From Escherichia virus TH41: 64,000 nucleotides of DNA. The translations under genes were made by a program, and so were the position numbers. The first letter of the stretch is position 1, and each line of letters starts with the position of its first letter. Of this stretch, positions 50,750-62,140 are shown in pieces. The notes under the pieces were generated by a model. The model searched no databases. It saw only the letters and a program-made list of their open reading frames with translations, and was not told the DNA's origin. Location: sequence record MT446412.1; one strand, given 5' to 3'.

Positions 50750-52560
50750 TAAGCAATCCTTACCCAGCGATGAGCAATCAAATATGGAGGCATTGTATAA
50801 ACCGGTTGAGCTTGAGGGTCTTGCGCCTGATTAATGGTGGCTTTATCTTCTCTGTATTTGGTATAAGCTGGACCTTGTGCATCCGGGTCTACCTGACAAC
50901 CGCCAACAACAATCGGACCATTATCATCAACAACCAAAACTTTCTCGTCGGTTTCAAGTTTAGGTACGTTTATATCTTTAATATGAACTTCAACACTACC
51001 ACCTGTGCCACCCGCCGTCGCTTGTGGGTTACCACCAGAATCCAGGTCATTATTGTTTGTATGGAAGTTTGAGGCAGGGTCATCAGACCAGGCAACGATT
51101 ACACGTTCTTTCAAACGTTTCCATGAACCGAATCCCATATAAGTAACCGGGTTATTCGGGTTAACCGTATTTTCGTAAATTGTACCAACCGGATAGAATA
51201 ATTCAAAGATAGCACCAACAGAAGATGGAACAACTTCCTGAAGACCGACTGGTTCAACGTTTGGTGCAAACGGATTATCAAAATCTGTAATACGTACACG
51301 ACCAGTTAGGCTCAATGTATTTCCCTGAGAAACATAAAGAGTGTCAGTCTCATCACGGATTTCATCCATGGTCATAGTTGTGCCGATATCGTTATTGTAC
51401 CAAATGACCGACAGAATATCACCGTCTTCAAATTCACGATAAATGCTAATACCTTCGATGCGGTTGTCATCATCAAATTGCAGCAAATAATCCTGGGTCG
51501 ATTCAGACCAGCTACCACCATTTGCACTACATTCTGCAGCAGTAGAACCTTGTGCGCCTTCGCAATAAAATACTGGAGTTCCTGCAGTCCCGGCTTGGTG
51601 TTGTAAAATACTGTTAATGAATACCTGACATGCGTTTGGGTTAATTGGACTACCCGGAGAAATACCAAGTTCTTCAATTGTAAAGGTGTGTTTGGTTGTC
51701 AAATCCGTAACAATCAAAGAACCATTAATTGTTGTTTCTTTGGTCCTGTCTTGACTACGAACAAGTATATCACGACGATTATACGAACTACGCCATTGAG
51801 CAATACCATCATTAAATGTTCGGATGATAACAGTATCACCTTCAGCGCATGGCATTTTCAAACGGATACTTTTGCCGTCAAGCGCAACAATTTCACCAGG
51901 GTTTGCACCAGGGGAACCAAATTCAGCATTCACCGGGTCGAAAATATCATCTTTACCATAAAACAGGTCGTTACCACGATGTTTGACTTCTAAGTTCGAT
52001 ACGCTATACGGAATAGCACCAAACACATTGATAAAGTCAGTTTGTCCTTCGGTAGCAATAAACTGTTGGGATGCAACTGTAGCAACGTCGTTATTTGAAA
52101 TTTTATCGACTTGTTTATTATCGATATATTCCCAACGACCTGGTGAACAATATACAAGTTCAAGGTCAGCTAAGTTGCGTTTAATTTCTACTGGATTTGG
52201 TGAGCCTTTAATCGTATCCCCGACTGCAGGAACAATTGTCACCGGGTTGATTTGCCAAGTAGCAAACACGTCACGCAAGCGAATTACATAATTGTATTCT
52301 TGAGTTGTTCCTTTCGGGAGGACGACTCGAACTGCACCGGCTGATGTATCGATGGTATAGCTTCGACCCATAACAGCAGACAACTCGGTGCCTTCTTGTG
52401 TAGTCCAAGTTTTCCATGCACCAGCCGCATGAGGATTTTCACCGTCACCCAGCTGATAATAAAGGTCGTCAAAGTTATTGTTTATTTTTTGACCGCCGAG
52501 ACGAAGGTAATCACCAGTACCATCATCAACCATATTGCCAATTTTTAAATTCTGTTTCAT
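50749..52560 (-). CDS. 10: Baseplate wedge protein gp10
   Basis: 603 aa (T4 gp10 602 aa); synteny. Confidence 0.8.
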   Translation of the reverse strand: MKQNLKIGNMVDDGTGDYLRLGGQKINNNFDDLYYQLGDGENPHAAGAWKTWTTQEGTELSAVMGRSYTIDTSAGAVRVVLPKGTTQEYNYVIRLRDVFATWQINPVTIVPAVGDTIKGSPNPVEIKRNLADLELVYCSPGRWEYIDNKQVDKISNNDVATVASQQFIATEGQTDFINVFGAIPYSVSNLEVKHRGNDLFYGKDDIFDPVNAEFGSPGANPGEIVALDGKSIRLKMPCAEGDTVIIRTFNDGIAQWRSSYNRRDILVRSQDRTKETTINGSLIVTDLTTKHTFTIEELGISPGSPINPNACQVFINSILQHQAGTAGTPVFYCEGAQGSTAAECSANGGSWSESTQDYLLQFDDDNRIEGISIYREFEDGDILSVIWYNNDIGTTMTMDEIRDETDTLYVSQGNTLSLTGRVRITDFDNPFAPNVEPVGLQEVVPSSVGAIFELFYPVGTIYENTVNPNNPVTYMGFGSWKRLKERVIVAWSDDPASNFHTNNNDLDSGGNPQATAGGTGGSVEVHIKDINVPKLETDEKVLVVDDNGPIVVGGCQVDPDAQGPAYTKYREDKATINQAQDPQAQPVYTMPPYLIAHRWVRIA

Positions 52561-53429
52561 TATACCGGTACTCCGATTGTTTGGGCGGAAATTACTTTAA
52601 TAGCGAGCTTCATGGCAGTGGGTGAGCTTATAGCCGCCTGAATGATATCCTGGTTATCAATTCTAAAATCGATGGCATATATCTCATCTTCTTCATTAGT
52701 TTGTCCACGTCTGATTACAGCGTATTCTGTGCTATATACCTTGCGGTCCTTAAGGTCGATGTAAAGTAATATTTCTGATGCTTTGTATTTAGTTTCGTCT
52801 GTTGAAATAGCCGTCAGCATCAATTTGATAGTTTTATAATCTGCACGGAAAGCAAGTGGAATATCACGAACAACCGAGCTCATATTGTATGTTTTGTCGA
52901 GCAATACAGATTGGTTGCCAAACATACTTTCAATTTTGTAGTCCCATGTCCCTACGCCGTTAGCATCGTCAATACACCACAATGTAATTTTTGTATAAGG
53001 CTGAGTAAATTTCATTTTGTTCGTTGCAGCAGTCAGGAATGAATCCGTGCCTTGTAGTTCAACTTCCAGAGGCAACGAGGTGGATAATGAACCATTGGAG
53101 TTAATAAAGATAACACCTTCGCCTGCTTTACCTTTTGCAATTCTTGCAGTGATAACACCTTCGGCAGTATTGACATCCCGCATAGAACCGAGAGCAACAG
53201 TTGAGTTCCATTCAATGATATTTGTGGCTTTTTGATAGTAGCCGGTCGCATGAAGTACCTGGGAGTTTTCTCCATTATTCACAGAGTACAGACGCTGGTC
53301 GCCGAATGTATTATACAAACTGTCTAAATCCACGTTCAGTTTACGACCGCCTTCATATAGAATATCACCGGTGCTGGCGTTACCAATCTCGCCGATGTCT
53401 ACTAATAATTTTGGGGTTTGATTAATCAT
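52560..53429 (-). CDS. 9: Baseplate wedge long-tail-fibre connector gp9
   Basis: 289 aa (T4 gp9 288 aa); synteny. Confidence 0.75.
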   Translation of the reverse strand: MINQTPKLLVDIGEIGNASTGDILYEGGRKLNVDLDSLYNTFGDQRLYSVNNGENSQVLHATGYYQKATNIIEWNSTVALGSMRDVNTAEGVITARIAKGKAGEGVIFINSNGSLSTSLPLEVELQGTDSFLTAATNKMKFTQPYTKITLWCIDDANGVGTWDYKIESMFGNQSVLLDKTYNMSSVVRDIPLAFRADYKTIKLMLTAISTDETKYKASEILLYIDLKDRKVYSTEYAVIRRGQTNEEDEIYAIDFRIDNQDIIQAAISSPTAMKLAIKVISAQTIGVPV

Positions 53430-53456
53430 AGGTAAGCCTCGTTATTGATATAGCTA

Positions 53457-53464
53457 TATTTATA
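53457..53464 (-). promoter_or_regulatory. Late promoter (minus strand) for gene 9
   Basis: TATAAATA between the gene 8 terminator and the gene 9 start. Confidence 0.5.
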
Positions 53465-53469
53465 GAATA

Positions 53470-53491
53470 AAAAAGGGACCCGAAGGTCCCT
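53470..53491 (-). terminator. Intrinsic terminator after gene 8
   Basis: gggaccTTCGggtccc followed by TTTTTT on the minus strand. Confidence 0.65.
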
Positions 53492-53493
53492 TG

Positions 53494-54498
53494 CTAGAAT
53501 TCAAAAATAATGTTAACTTCTTCTGTCTGGTCCATTGCACGAATAATCGGTGGGCGGTTTTCCATATAAATCATTTCCCCGGAATGACGGTCCAAATCAA
53601 TTGCATCGTAGTATTCTTTGATTGCTTTGATATTTGGGTCATTAGGATGTACTTTAACTTCAAGTGGGTTGGATATAATCGACAGCTGGCGGAAGCCTTT
53701 GTTCCCCGGGAGACTGAACTCTGGGAAATAAATGGAATCCATAAATGCTTTAAATCTGATTGTATATCCTTTGATTCTGTATATTAAACCGAAATCATCT
53801 TGTTGCCAGCTGATATTGTCTTTGTAGCCCCAACGTGATGGGTCTTCTTCGATTTCTTCAGGCCATGGAACAACAATATATTCGTTAGTACAACGGTTGA
53901 TGGATACATCAGGTGGAATCTCATACAAATATTCCCAGAGATAACCATCGCCCATATCGACTCGTCCTTCTGTATCACCAGTCCCAGCTGGAGCTCTCGT
54001 CGAGTTATATTCTGCAGTCCATTTACCACCGAGTTTTAAACACTCTTCTTTATTGATAATAGAATAAATGGAGCAAGTCCCAACATCAGGAACGTCTACA
54101 CAACGATAAACCATCCAACCTTTACCAACATCAGTTCGGTTATACGGAGCACTGTTAGCTACAACAATTTCCCCTACCTGGAAGTTAAGCGGATTGGGAT
54201 ATCTGATATCGCCCCAGTCTTTACGTGGGACAACACAATCAAGCATTGACTTATAAACTTTGACTGCACCCATCATATTTGTCCAAGTATCTTCAACACC
54301 TTGCGCTGTGTCAACCGGATAAGGAGGGGCGAACCCCGGGTCATTCTCATTCGAAGCCCAGGGTTCAGCGCGACCGAATGTTACATACATCGTATTCTGG
54401 TCGGGCTCGTTACCAATCATTTTATAAAAGTTATACATTTTTTCAGTTCGAAATTTCGAGGTAATTATCGAACGATAAACTACAGATGAATTATTCAT
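53494..54498 (-). CDS. 8: Baseplate wedge protein gp8
   Basis: 334 aa, same length as T4 gp8; synteny. Confidence 0.8.
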   Translation of the reverse strand: MNNSSVVYRSIITSKFRTEKMYNFYKMIGNEPDQNTMYVTFGRAEPWASNENDPGFAPPYPVDTAQGVEDTWTNMMGAVKVYKSMLDCVVPRKDWGDIRYPNPLNFQVGEIVVANSAPYNRTDVGKGWMVYRCVDVPDVGTCSIYSIINKEECLKLGGKWTAEYNSTRAPAGTGDTEGRVDMGDGYLWEYLYEIPPDVSINRCTNEYIVVPWPEEIEEDPSRWGYKDNISWQQDDFGLIYRIKGYTIRFKAFMDSIYFPEFSLPGNKGFRQLSIISNPLEVKVHPNDPNIKAIKEYYDAIDLDRHSGEMIYMENRPPIIRAMDQTEEVNIIFEF

Positions 54499-57400
54499 TT
54501 ACCTTTACCTGTGTTGGGTCTTTCGTGTCGCGTGGATTACCAATATCATCCTTAAGACGTTGATTAACCAAATTGCGCCAGTTAGCAAAAGTCACGGCGG
54601 ACTGGTCAAACAATGGACTGTATTTTTTACGACGTTCAGACGGGAGAGTCCCATGAAAATCTGAAAAATCGTTTTCGGCATCATAATCTGCCGGTAATGG
54701 GAACGGTAAACCTGCGTTAGGAGCAATATTATATACTGCTTCACCTGTAACAGGGTTATGCTCAATGTTTCCATCAGCTCCAATAACTGCAATACGGTCA
54801 CACCATTCTGACGGAATACCCGACGACCAACGATAGTTGTTCAGTTTATTGATAATGGTTTCTGTATGTTTTAATGACAGACCAGCATTAACAAACATTG
54901 TCAATAATGTAATTCCAACAAATCCAAATCCAACCGGATGAACAAATCGCAATACGTCATTACGATAACGAGATGTAGGGAGACTTGATTTAATGGTCAT
55001 TACATAGTAAGAACGATTTCGGTTGATATAATCGATGTTATTGCTAAGTAATTCTTTCCCGCGAACACCCTGAACAATCATGCCTTCAAAGGAAGTCCTT
55101 TCGGATTTAATTTCTTGCCCAACAATAAAGCGACCAAGCAAGTTATGAATCGTGATACGCCATCTCAATTTACCCTGTTTGTAGTCACGCTCCATATAGG
55201 TAACGTTACTGCGGCCAGTTGGTGTGTAAATTGTTTGTCCAACAATATCTTCGCTGATATTATCAGATTCGACGATTATGTCATACTCGGTTCCGTTCTT
55301 GGATTCAATATCGATTTCAACGTCTTCATTATATAACAATTTGAATAAAAACTTATAGGATGCTTCAGTCCCCTTGGTTGCCCAAAAATCAGACTGTCTT
55401 GCTTCAAAGAAACGAACTACTTCGTCACGCTTGGTCTTTGACAAATATATATTTCTTTTGTACATTTCACTCCAAAGGTATTCCCATGCATCTTCCTCGC
55501 GTGGGTACTGGTTGCGAATCAAGTTCAAAAGGTTGTTATAATATGTGCCAGAGCCATCACTGATAAACTGCAAATAATATTCACAGAATTTTTCGAAGTT
55601 GCTATCCTGGAGCAAATAACTATCCGGAACCATCTTTGTTAAAAGAGGACGCAAGTCCGGGTCTTTCTCTTGTTCATCATTATCCGGGGTCCATGGAATA
55701 TCATGTTCCTGGTTCTGTAATTCTGCAGTGAACATAACTTCTTTCGGTTTCCAGATTAATCTAACTTCATCACGCATACGATAGTCAAATTCAAAATAAC
55801 CAATAAGCTCACCAGTATTTTTATGTAACATAATACCCGAGGCATATTTTTTAAAGCCATTGAATTCGATGTTAGGAGAAGTAACTTTTACTTGACCTTT
55901 ATTCCAGTATTCGTGTACAATACGTTCAGGGGATGAACCACCAAAGGTATCGATAATCTTTTGATACAGCATGTCATTATATACAACCAGAGCTCTGTCT
56001 GATGTGGTAATCCAACAACGAGTATCATCACGGCGAGACCAGTTAAAGAACGGTTCAGCGTAATATGACATACGTCCAGGTTTAAACTCTTCCCAACCTG
56101 AATCTTTATTCGACCTAAAACTCATCATCAAATAATGCTTGTCATGTATCCATTGTTCATCATACACATATTTGACTGCTTCGTTAACTTCTTCAGGATA
56201 CTTAGCGGGGAGTTCGGTATCTGGCTCAATGGAATAACGGAAGTTACTTGAACTGATAAAAAGTTCAATTCCATCAGTTGACATGCTTGTGTAACCATGT
56301 TCAATACGGCGACGTTCATCCTCTGTATTACCAAAAACTCGTGTCCATGTATCGGTATCGGTATTTAATTTATAAACGCCCTTTGATAATGAATCGACAA
56401 CGTTTTCAGGCTTAGTCGGGTCTTGGCGTTCTTCCTTTACTTCACCCGTGATTAATGCAAACACTTCACCGTCAATTGAATCCATCTTGTAACAAACAGC
56501 TTTTGGGTTGCCGCTTATTGTGCTATATCCAGCTTCAAATAATTTTTCACCGAATGTTGGAGAGTTAGGGTCATTATCAATTGGAGCATCAGAGGATTTA
56601 GCTTTGTATACACGGTCGCGGCCAGCAACGTAAATCATGGAATCGGTCGTAGTAATTGCTTCGGCAATTGTTGAGATATATGCCGGGAGTCTTGCGTATG
56701 TGCCAAATATTTCAATATCAAATCCGAGATTGATATCCGAACCAATTTTTGCAAATGTTATATCCTGGGAACTGAATCGAACATCATCAGCAGACCATCT
56801 TATGTCACTTGATTTGCGACCGTAAAAAATTCGGTCATACCCGAGTACGTAAGTTGTCGTATCTGATTGATAATAAATTGTGCGCGATACCGGGTTACCG
56901 ATACGGTCATTAAACAATTTTACATAATACCAGTTCTGCCCTTTATCATTGGAGACTTTGACAGTTGTCTGGAATCGTTCAAACAAATACAGTACACCAC
57001 CGAGTTCAGCAATCATCGTACGATTAACATCGTTACACACTGGCTGAATACTGCCCTGAATTTCGTGATATTGGTCTTCTTTTAATACATAGTTTGAAAT
57101 TGAAGACAAATGAGAATAAGCAGGAGTAAAGCTAAAATCTTCGGACATCAACGATGCCATAATTGCATCATTATTAAAGTTGATATAGGCCTGGTTATTG
57201 TTTGTGAATTTTTCTTCGATGAATTTATTTGTTAATGTAAACTCACGCATGTGTTCAAATGTGTATGCGTTAGTTGCAAAGGTTTCAAATTCTTCGGTAT
57301 AAACCCAATCAGATTGTTCAAAACCCATTGCTGCAACAGCAACACGCATTTTGTAAAATGATACTGGACGAATAAAATCTTGTTCGAACCATTCATTGTC

Positions 57401-57586
57401 TGGAGTATAACCTAAATTCCTCCATAACAGATTTTCTTCTGGAATAGCAACACCATTTTCTTTTGTCGGAGCAATCTCAACAAAATAATAAAAGTTGGCG
57501 CCAACATTATCCCATTTTATGCTAACCTGGTTAGCAGATAGTTTATCAATCCGTAAGCTGGTTACATAAGGGGCTTTAACACTCAT
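54491..57586 (-). CDS. 7: Baseplate wedge initiator gp7
   Basis: SVKAPYVTSLRIDKLSANQVSIKWDNVGANFYYFVEIA matches the recalled T4 gp7 N-terminus; start at internal ATG 57586 (or 57589) after RBS AAGGAA. Confidence 0.8.
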   Translation of the reverse strand: MSVKAPYVTSLRIDKLSANQVSIKWDNVGANFYYFVEIAPTKENGVAIPEENLLWRNLGYTPDNEWFEQDFIRPVSFYKMRVAVAAMGFEQSDWVYTEEFETFATNAYTFEHMREFTLTNKFIEEKFTNNNQAYINFNNDAIMASLMSEDFSFTPAYSHLSSISNYVLKEDQYHEIQGSIQPVCNDVNRTMIAELGGVLYLFERFQTTVKVSNDKGQNWYYVKLFNDRIGNPVSRTIYYQSDTTTYVLGYDRIFYGRKSSDIRWSADDVRFSSQDITFAKIGSDINLGFDIEIFGTYARLPAYISTIAEAITTTDSMIYVAGRDRVYKAKSSDAPIDNDPNSPTFGEKLFEAGYSTISGNPKAVCYKMDSIDGEVFALITGEVKEERQDPTKPENVVDSLSKGVYKLNTDTDTWTRVFGNTEDERRRIEHGYTSMSTDGIELFISSSNFRYSIEPDTELPAKYPEEVNEAVKYVYDEQWIHDKHYLMMSFRSNKDSGWEEFKPGRMSYYAEPFFNWSRRDDTRCWITTSDRALVVYNDMLYQKIIDTFGGSSPERIVHEYWNKGQVKVTSPNIEFNGFKKYASGIMLHKNTGELIGYFEFDYRMRDEVRLIWKPKEVMFTAELQNQEHDIPWTPDNDEQEKDPDLRPLLTKMVPDSYLLQDSNFEKFCEYYLQFISDGSGTYYNNLLNLIRNQYPREEDAWEYLWSEMYKRNIYLSKTKRDEVVRFFEARQSDFWATKGTEASYKFLFKLLYNEDVEIDIESKNGTEYDIIVESDNISEDIVGQTIYTPTGRSNVTYMERDYKQGKLRWRITIHNLLGRFIVGQEIKSERTSFEGMIVQGVRGKELLSNNIDYINRNRSYYVMTIKSSLPTSRYRNDVLRFVHPVGFGFVGITLLTMFVNAGLSLKHTETIINKLNNYRWSSGIPSEWCDRIAVIGADGNIEHNPVTGEAVYNIAPNAGLPFPLPADYDAENDFSDFHGTLPSERRKKYSPLFDQSAVTFANWRNLVNQRLKDDIGNPRDTKDPTQVKVNE

Positions 57587-57597
57587 CATGGTTTCCT

Positions 57598-57617
57598 TAA
57601 AAAGCCTCCGAAGAGGC
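57598..57617 (-). terminator. Hairpin plus T-run between gene 6 and gene 7 (possible partial terminator)
   Basis: gcctcTTCGgaggc followed by TTTTT on the minus strand, just upstream of the gene 7 RBS. Confidence 0.4.
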
Positions 57618-59564
57618 TTATAGTGTAATTGGTTCAAGGTCAATCTTTGTATATTGCGGACGAAGGTCATTCTCAAATACAATCAGTGAACCATCTTGCG
57701 TGTATATATTATCTTGGTTAGGACTTGCATAAAGTTCGATTGATTGAACTTCAAAGCGCTCGGAGGTTAATCCAATCGCGGCGATATCCCAAAAAATATA
57801 ATCAGAGTAATAGTCAATTTCGCCAATTGCGTAATAAACTGTTTGGTCAGCCGGAGCTTCCATTTTATTAAAGTCATCTTGTAGGTAAGGCTGGATGTTT
57901 ACGTTTTCAATAACATCGCCTGGACGGAATGGACCAATTACCATTTTACCATCACCACGAGAATCTTTATCAGTTGCAACAATGCGAACGTTATAGGCTT
58001 CACCTGTGGTCGGAACAAATTCAAATTCACTTGATTCGACTGAACGGTTGCCATACTGGTTATAGTATTTAATGCCGGATTCTGGAGTCTTAAAGAAGTT
58101 CAGGACTTCACGCACCATCGAAATGGTTGCAGATGAACCAAGAATACTATGGTCAGTATTATCCACATACGTAAGCATTTTTGACTTAGCAAAACTTCTG
58201 TTAAAGATTTCAACTTCATCGATATAATAACGGTCAATCTGATTAATGATTTGTGCTTGCAACCATTGTTCAGATTCTTGTAATTTGTTCAGCGCATAAG
58301 ATACTTTGATATTATGTTTAAGGAACAAATAATCCGGAGAAATTACCGATGGTGTAATTGTTGATACGTTGAACTCACTAAGGTAGTTCTGGATGTCCTC
58401 ACGCTGCACTGCAGTGAGATACAAGCCCGATTTAGGCTTAACTGATATAAACGCATACCCAGGCTTATTTGCGTCTGTAAACGTCTGTACGGCTTGCACG
58501 ATTGAACCAAATCTTTCAGATACGAAGGTATCATAATCTGTTCCGGTGACAGCACGCATCTGCGCTTCACGTTTAACAACAGCCAGTTCACGGATACGTT
58601 CGATATCTTCTGGGTCACCCCCGCCATCGGCACCGACATAATCAGGGTCGTCATTGTAGTTTTCAGTAATTTTATCCACTGTGATATATGACAAAGTATC
58701 GGCATAACTGAAATCAACAGCACCGTTTGCATCTGCCCCTGAGGTACGAAGATATTCAATAACAATTGTCGAATCTTGCACCGGTTTGAGACCACCAATA
58801 TAGTTGGCTTCCATAACGCCGCCGGCTACAGATTTGGTGGATTCACCTTCACCGAAGAAAAATTCAGTATAGCCATCGATTGTTTCACGCATATAAAATA
58901 TGGTGGAAGTCGAACCAGCATGGACCATTGATTTGTTCGTCCAGTCAACCCACTCAACACCGTTCACATATAACTTAACTTCTTTGCGGTCGATATCCGG
59001 GTCGCGAATAAGAATAGGTTGTTTCGGGTCATATAAAAGTTCTGTACGAATAATACGGCCCTGGGCTAGAGATACAATCGGAAGGTATTGGTTGTTAATA
59101 TCTTTAACTGCAATAACGTTTTCCGTGGTAACAAAAACATAAGGGTCAGCTGATGTATCACGAGCATATGCCAGGAATTTAGTTCCTCGTGGGATTTCAA
59201 TATTCGATGGTTGCAGAGCATGAGAACATGTCAACATAACCGAAGTCTTTGCGGCCGAACGTGAAGATGGAAGATATCCATTATCCTGTGCTGCCTGAAC
59301 AACCGAAGACCTTAAGTTTGCAGTTCCGATAAATGATTCATAAACTGCTGTATTAGCAAACTGCTGCATATAAAGTGTATTATACGCAAGCATGTCAATC
59401 AGGATATTCATTCGCGAACCTACGAAATCATAATCCTTAAATTCATCCTGGCTTGATAACCAGTCGATGATATTCTTTTTAATTTCTTCAAACGTAGCTC
59501 CCACAAATACTTTTGGGATAGCGTTAACGGTTCTTGTTAATTGGTAATTCGTAGGAGTAGCCAT
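57618..59564 (-). CDS. 6: Baseplate wedge protein gp6
   Basis: 648 aa (T4 gp6 about 660 aa); synteny. Confidence 0.8.
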   Translation of the reverse strand: MATPTNYQLTRTVNAIPKVFVGATFEEIKKNIIDWLSSQDEFKDYDFVGSRMNILIDMLAYNTLYMQQFANTAVYESFIGTANLRSSVVQAAQDNGYLPSSRSAAKTSVMLTCSHALQPSNIEIPRGTKFLAYARDTSADPYVFVTTENVIAVKDINNQYLPIVSLAQGRIIRTELLYDPKQPILIRDPDIDRKEVKLYVNGVEWVDWTNKSMVHAGSTSTIFYMRETIDGYTEFFFGEGESTKSVAGGVMEANYIGGLKPVQDSTIVIEYLRTSGADANGAVDFSYADTLSYITVDKITENYNDDPDYVGADGGGDPEDIERIRELAVVKREAQMRAVTGTDYDTFVSERFGSIVQAVQTFTDANKPGYAFISVKPKSGLYLTAVQREDIQNYLSEFNVSTITPSVISPDYLFLKHNIKVSYALNKLQESEQWLQAQIINQIDRYYIDEVEIFNRSFAKSKMLTYVDNTDHSILGSSATISMVREVLNFFKTPESGIKYYNQYGNRSVESSEFEFVPTTGEAYNVRIVATDKDSRGDGKMVIGPFRPGDVIENVNIQPYLQDDFNKMEAPADQTVYYAIGEIDYYSDYIFWDIAAIGLTSERFEVQSIELYASPNQDNIYTQDGSLIVFENDLRPQYTKIDLEPITL

Positions 59565-59572
59565 TTTATTTC

Positions 59573-59866
59573 CTATTTTATAAAGACTTTTGATGAGGCT
59601 TGAGCCACAGTATCACCACATGAAATCGGGTCTGCCATTTGAACAGCTTTCTTACCGGTAACAAATACTTTTGATGTGCGCGGTTGTGTTACTCCACCGT
59701 GAGTTTCATATGGTTTTTTAATTTCGGTATGCTCGGTAATAGGGTCTCCGGCAACTAACACCGGAATTCCCCCGGTGAATACTTTACCTTGAGTTGCATT
59801 AATTACAGTCGGTGGCCATGCTTCGTGGCCTGCTGTAACACATTGATTGAAACTTAATCCAGCCAT
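59573..59866 (-). CDS. Baseplate spike tip protein gp5.4 (PAAR-like)
   Basis: 97 aa, same length as T4 gp5.4, small Gly/Val/Thr-rich beta protein. Confidence 0.65.
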   Translation of the reverse strand: MAGLSFNQCVTAGHEAWPPTVINATQGKVFTGGIPVLVAGDPITEHTEIKKPYETHGGVTQPRTSKVFVTGKKAVQMADPISCGDTVAQASSKVFIK

Positions 59867-60363
59867 TAATCCCTCGCGTATACGTATGAACGCAATTTAT
59901 CTGCCCATCTTGACCAGTTACCAACGATAGTTTTTGTGTAAACTTTTGTCATTGTCTTTCTTACTGGAGCAGGAGGTGGGTCGGTCTCATTACCTGCACG
60001 GCTATTACTGCCGCCAGAGCTCCCTGTGTCTCCACCAGAGCTCTCTTCTTGAAAGTCATAGGTTAGGGTTACCGTGTATGAAAAGACCTTCTGGAGGCTC
60101 GCTGGGGCCCTCCAGAGATACAATTGAGTACTCTTATCGGTAGGAAGGTCTTCCCATGAACCGGCAGTTTTGAATTCATCATTAAGCCGATATTTAAGTG
60201 CATCATCTGCGAATCCGAACACGGATTCATAAACACCATAAAGATGATTACCCTCAACATTAACGCCAGGGGTGGCCTCATATTCAGTTATATTTATTTC
60301 GACTAATGTTTCGTTTGTTTCTAATTGAGCTGTAAACGTAACATCGATTGAGGCTCCTTCCAT
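59866..60363 (-). CDS. Hypothetical protein (gp5.1 position)
   Basis: 165 aa from ATG 60363 with RBS GGAG 5 nt upstream; the track ORF extends to 60447 and would overlap gene 5. Confidence 0.5.
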   Translation of the reverse strand: MEGASIDVTFTAQLETNETLVEINITEYEATPGVNVEGNHLYGVYESVFGFADDALKYRLNDEFKTAGSWEDLPTDKSTQLYLWRAPASLQKVFSYTVTLTYDFQEESSGGDTGSSGGSNSRAGNETDPPPAPVRKTMTKVYTKTIVGNWSRWADKLRSYVYARD

Positions 60364-60397
60364 GGAGTCTCCTAGGTCAGTGCTCATTGGAAGTATA

Positions 60398-62140
60398 TTA
60401 GCCAATGTCAATCCTCGAACCATCAATAGTATATTGACCAGATGCAATAGAACTCATTGTTGACATTGTTTCGGACCAATTGCCAGCCACGGTCATATCA
60501 ACGTTTCCATTAACGGACCATTTGACATTACCATTTACCGTATAATCATGGTTACCTTCGACAAGAGTTTTTGCGTCACCTTTAACAGTTATTTCAGCAT
60601 TACCTTCGACCAGAATACTTACATTACCTTTGACGATAATTGTACCGTCACCTTCGATAGTTTTGGTTTCATTCCCACGAATATGAATGCTTTCGTTTCC
60701 ATCGGTCTGACGACGAACGTTAGCCATATTATAATAGGTTTCATCACCACCAACGTTGACTTTATTATTACCACCAACGTAAGTACTCGAATCGCCCTGG
60801 GTCATATAATAACCATCAGCTACTGTCTTCGAAGTCTTACGACCATCTGGTGCAACTTCCTCATAGGAACCGGTTGGATGAATCAGTCGATAACGTTCTT
60901 GTCCAGGGGTATTATCGAATTCCTGAATATGACCGCCTTCAGTTTGCATTGTCTGCACGTAAGGATATTCGCCCTTGTAACTTGATTCTGGCTCTTTAAA
61001 TAGAATCCTTGTATCTTCTGGGGTCCACGGGTCGGCTGGGTCAGAATTTGCAGGGGCTGCAAAGGTTTGAATCATCCTATATGAACGCCCTTTAAATGAC
61101 CTTTCTTTAGGGGCCATAATACCATATGATTCCATATTACCGGTAAGGATAATCATTGATACCCTTGATGCACGTCCTTTAGTTTGGTTAAACCATACTG
61201 AATTACGAGCTTCCTCAAATGCCTTTTTATAATCACCTACTAACATTGCGCTAAGCATACCACGGAATTTAGCCAATCCACCCAATCCCATTTGGAAAGC
61301 CATGTTTTCAAGAGCCATTTGTCTCGAACGGTTTTCTTTATTGTAAACTGGACCCACAACACTATGCCGGCCTATATCGTTTTGGACTTTTTTAAGGTCT
61401 TCTTGGAATAATTTAGAGGCCTCGTCCATTGATATTGCACCAGGGTTGCCTTTAACTTCACGGCCTATTTGATTAGATAATATTTTGTTTATTTGATTCA
61501 TATCTCTAATAGGTTGTGGCGTAATTAAGTGTCCTATACCTATAGTAGGATAACCTTCGGTGTCCCAATATACTTTCAAACGAAGACCTTCATCACGGTG
61601 AAGCATATTTTCAATTGTGAAATTAGGATTATCATCTGGCTTAACTTGACTCAAATCAAGGCCATCGGGGTTAATACCAAGGTCAAGGTTTGCATCCTGA
61701 ATTACGTTCGAAGTTGCATCGTAACCGACCTCACCGCCTCGGTTGAGCGCAGCAGCATCATTACCTACATAAAGTGGATATTGTCCTGTGGGGTCAGAGA
61801 AGCCTTCGTTGGGATTTGCTTTTTGTCTTGAGGCTGAACCATACGTACCAATAACAAGTCCGTTGAGTTTCCACTTGTCTAAAAAGTGACCATATACCTG
61901 AGTCCCTGGCACCATACCAGTCATTGCAGTTTGAATACCAGAAACTGATGCAGATGATGTTGGCATCAGTACAGACATCCATGGCAGGTCTTCAGTTCTG
62001 ATACCTTTTACAGGTCCTTGCGATTTCTCATATGGATGCATACCCCATACACGGACACGGACTCGACCTTGTTGAAGTGGGTCCATTCGGTCTTCGACAA
62101 CACCGACGAACCAACTTACATTATCTGACATATTAATCAT
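60398..62140 (-). CDS. 5: Baseplate central spike with tail lysozyme domain gp5
   Basis: 580 aa; N-terminus NVSWFVGVVEDRMDP; lysozyme-like segment LRLKVYWDTEGYPTIGIGHLI; C-terminal repeats VGGNNKVNVGGDE.../GNETKTIEGDG.. typical of the gp5 beta-helix. Confidence 0.85.
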   Translation of the reverse strand: MINMSDNVSWFVGVVEDRMDPLQQGRVRVRVWGMHPYEKSQGPVKGIRTEDLPWMSVLMPTSSASVSGIQTAMTGMVPGTQVYGHFLDKWKLNGLVIGTYGSASRQKANPNEGFSDPTGQYPLYVGNDAAALNRGGEVGYDATSNVIQDANLDLGINPDGLDLSQVKPDDNPNFTIENMLHRDEGLRLKVYWDTEGYPTIGIGHLITPQPIRDMNQINKILSNQIGREVKGNPGAISMDEASKLFQEDLKKVQNDIGRHSVVGPVYNKENRSRQMALENMAFQMGLGGLAKFRGMLSAMLVGDYKKAFEEARNSVWFNQTKGRASRVSMIILTGNMESYGIMAPKERSFKGRSYRMIQTFAAPANSDPADPWTPEDTRILFKEPESSYKGEYPYVQTMQTEGGHIQEFDNTPGQERYRLIHPTGSYEEVAPDGRKTSKTVADGYYMTQGDSSTYVGGNNKVNVGGDETYYNMANVRRQTDGNESIHIRGNETKTIEGDGTIIVKGNVSILVEGNAEITVKGDAKTLVEGNHDYTVNGNVKWSVNGNVDMTVAGNWSETMSTMSSIASGQYTIDGSRIDIG

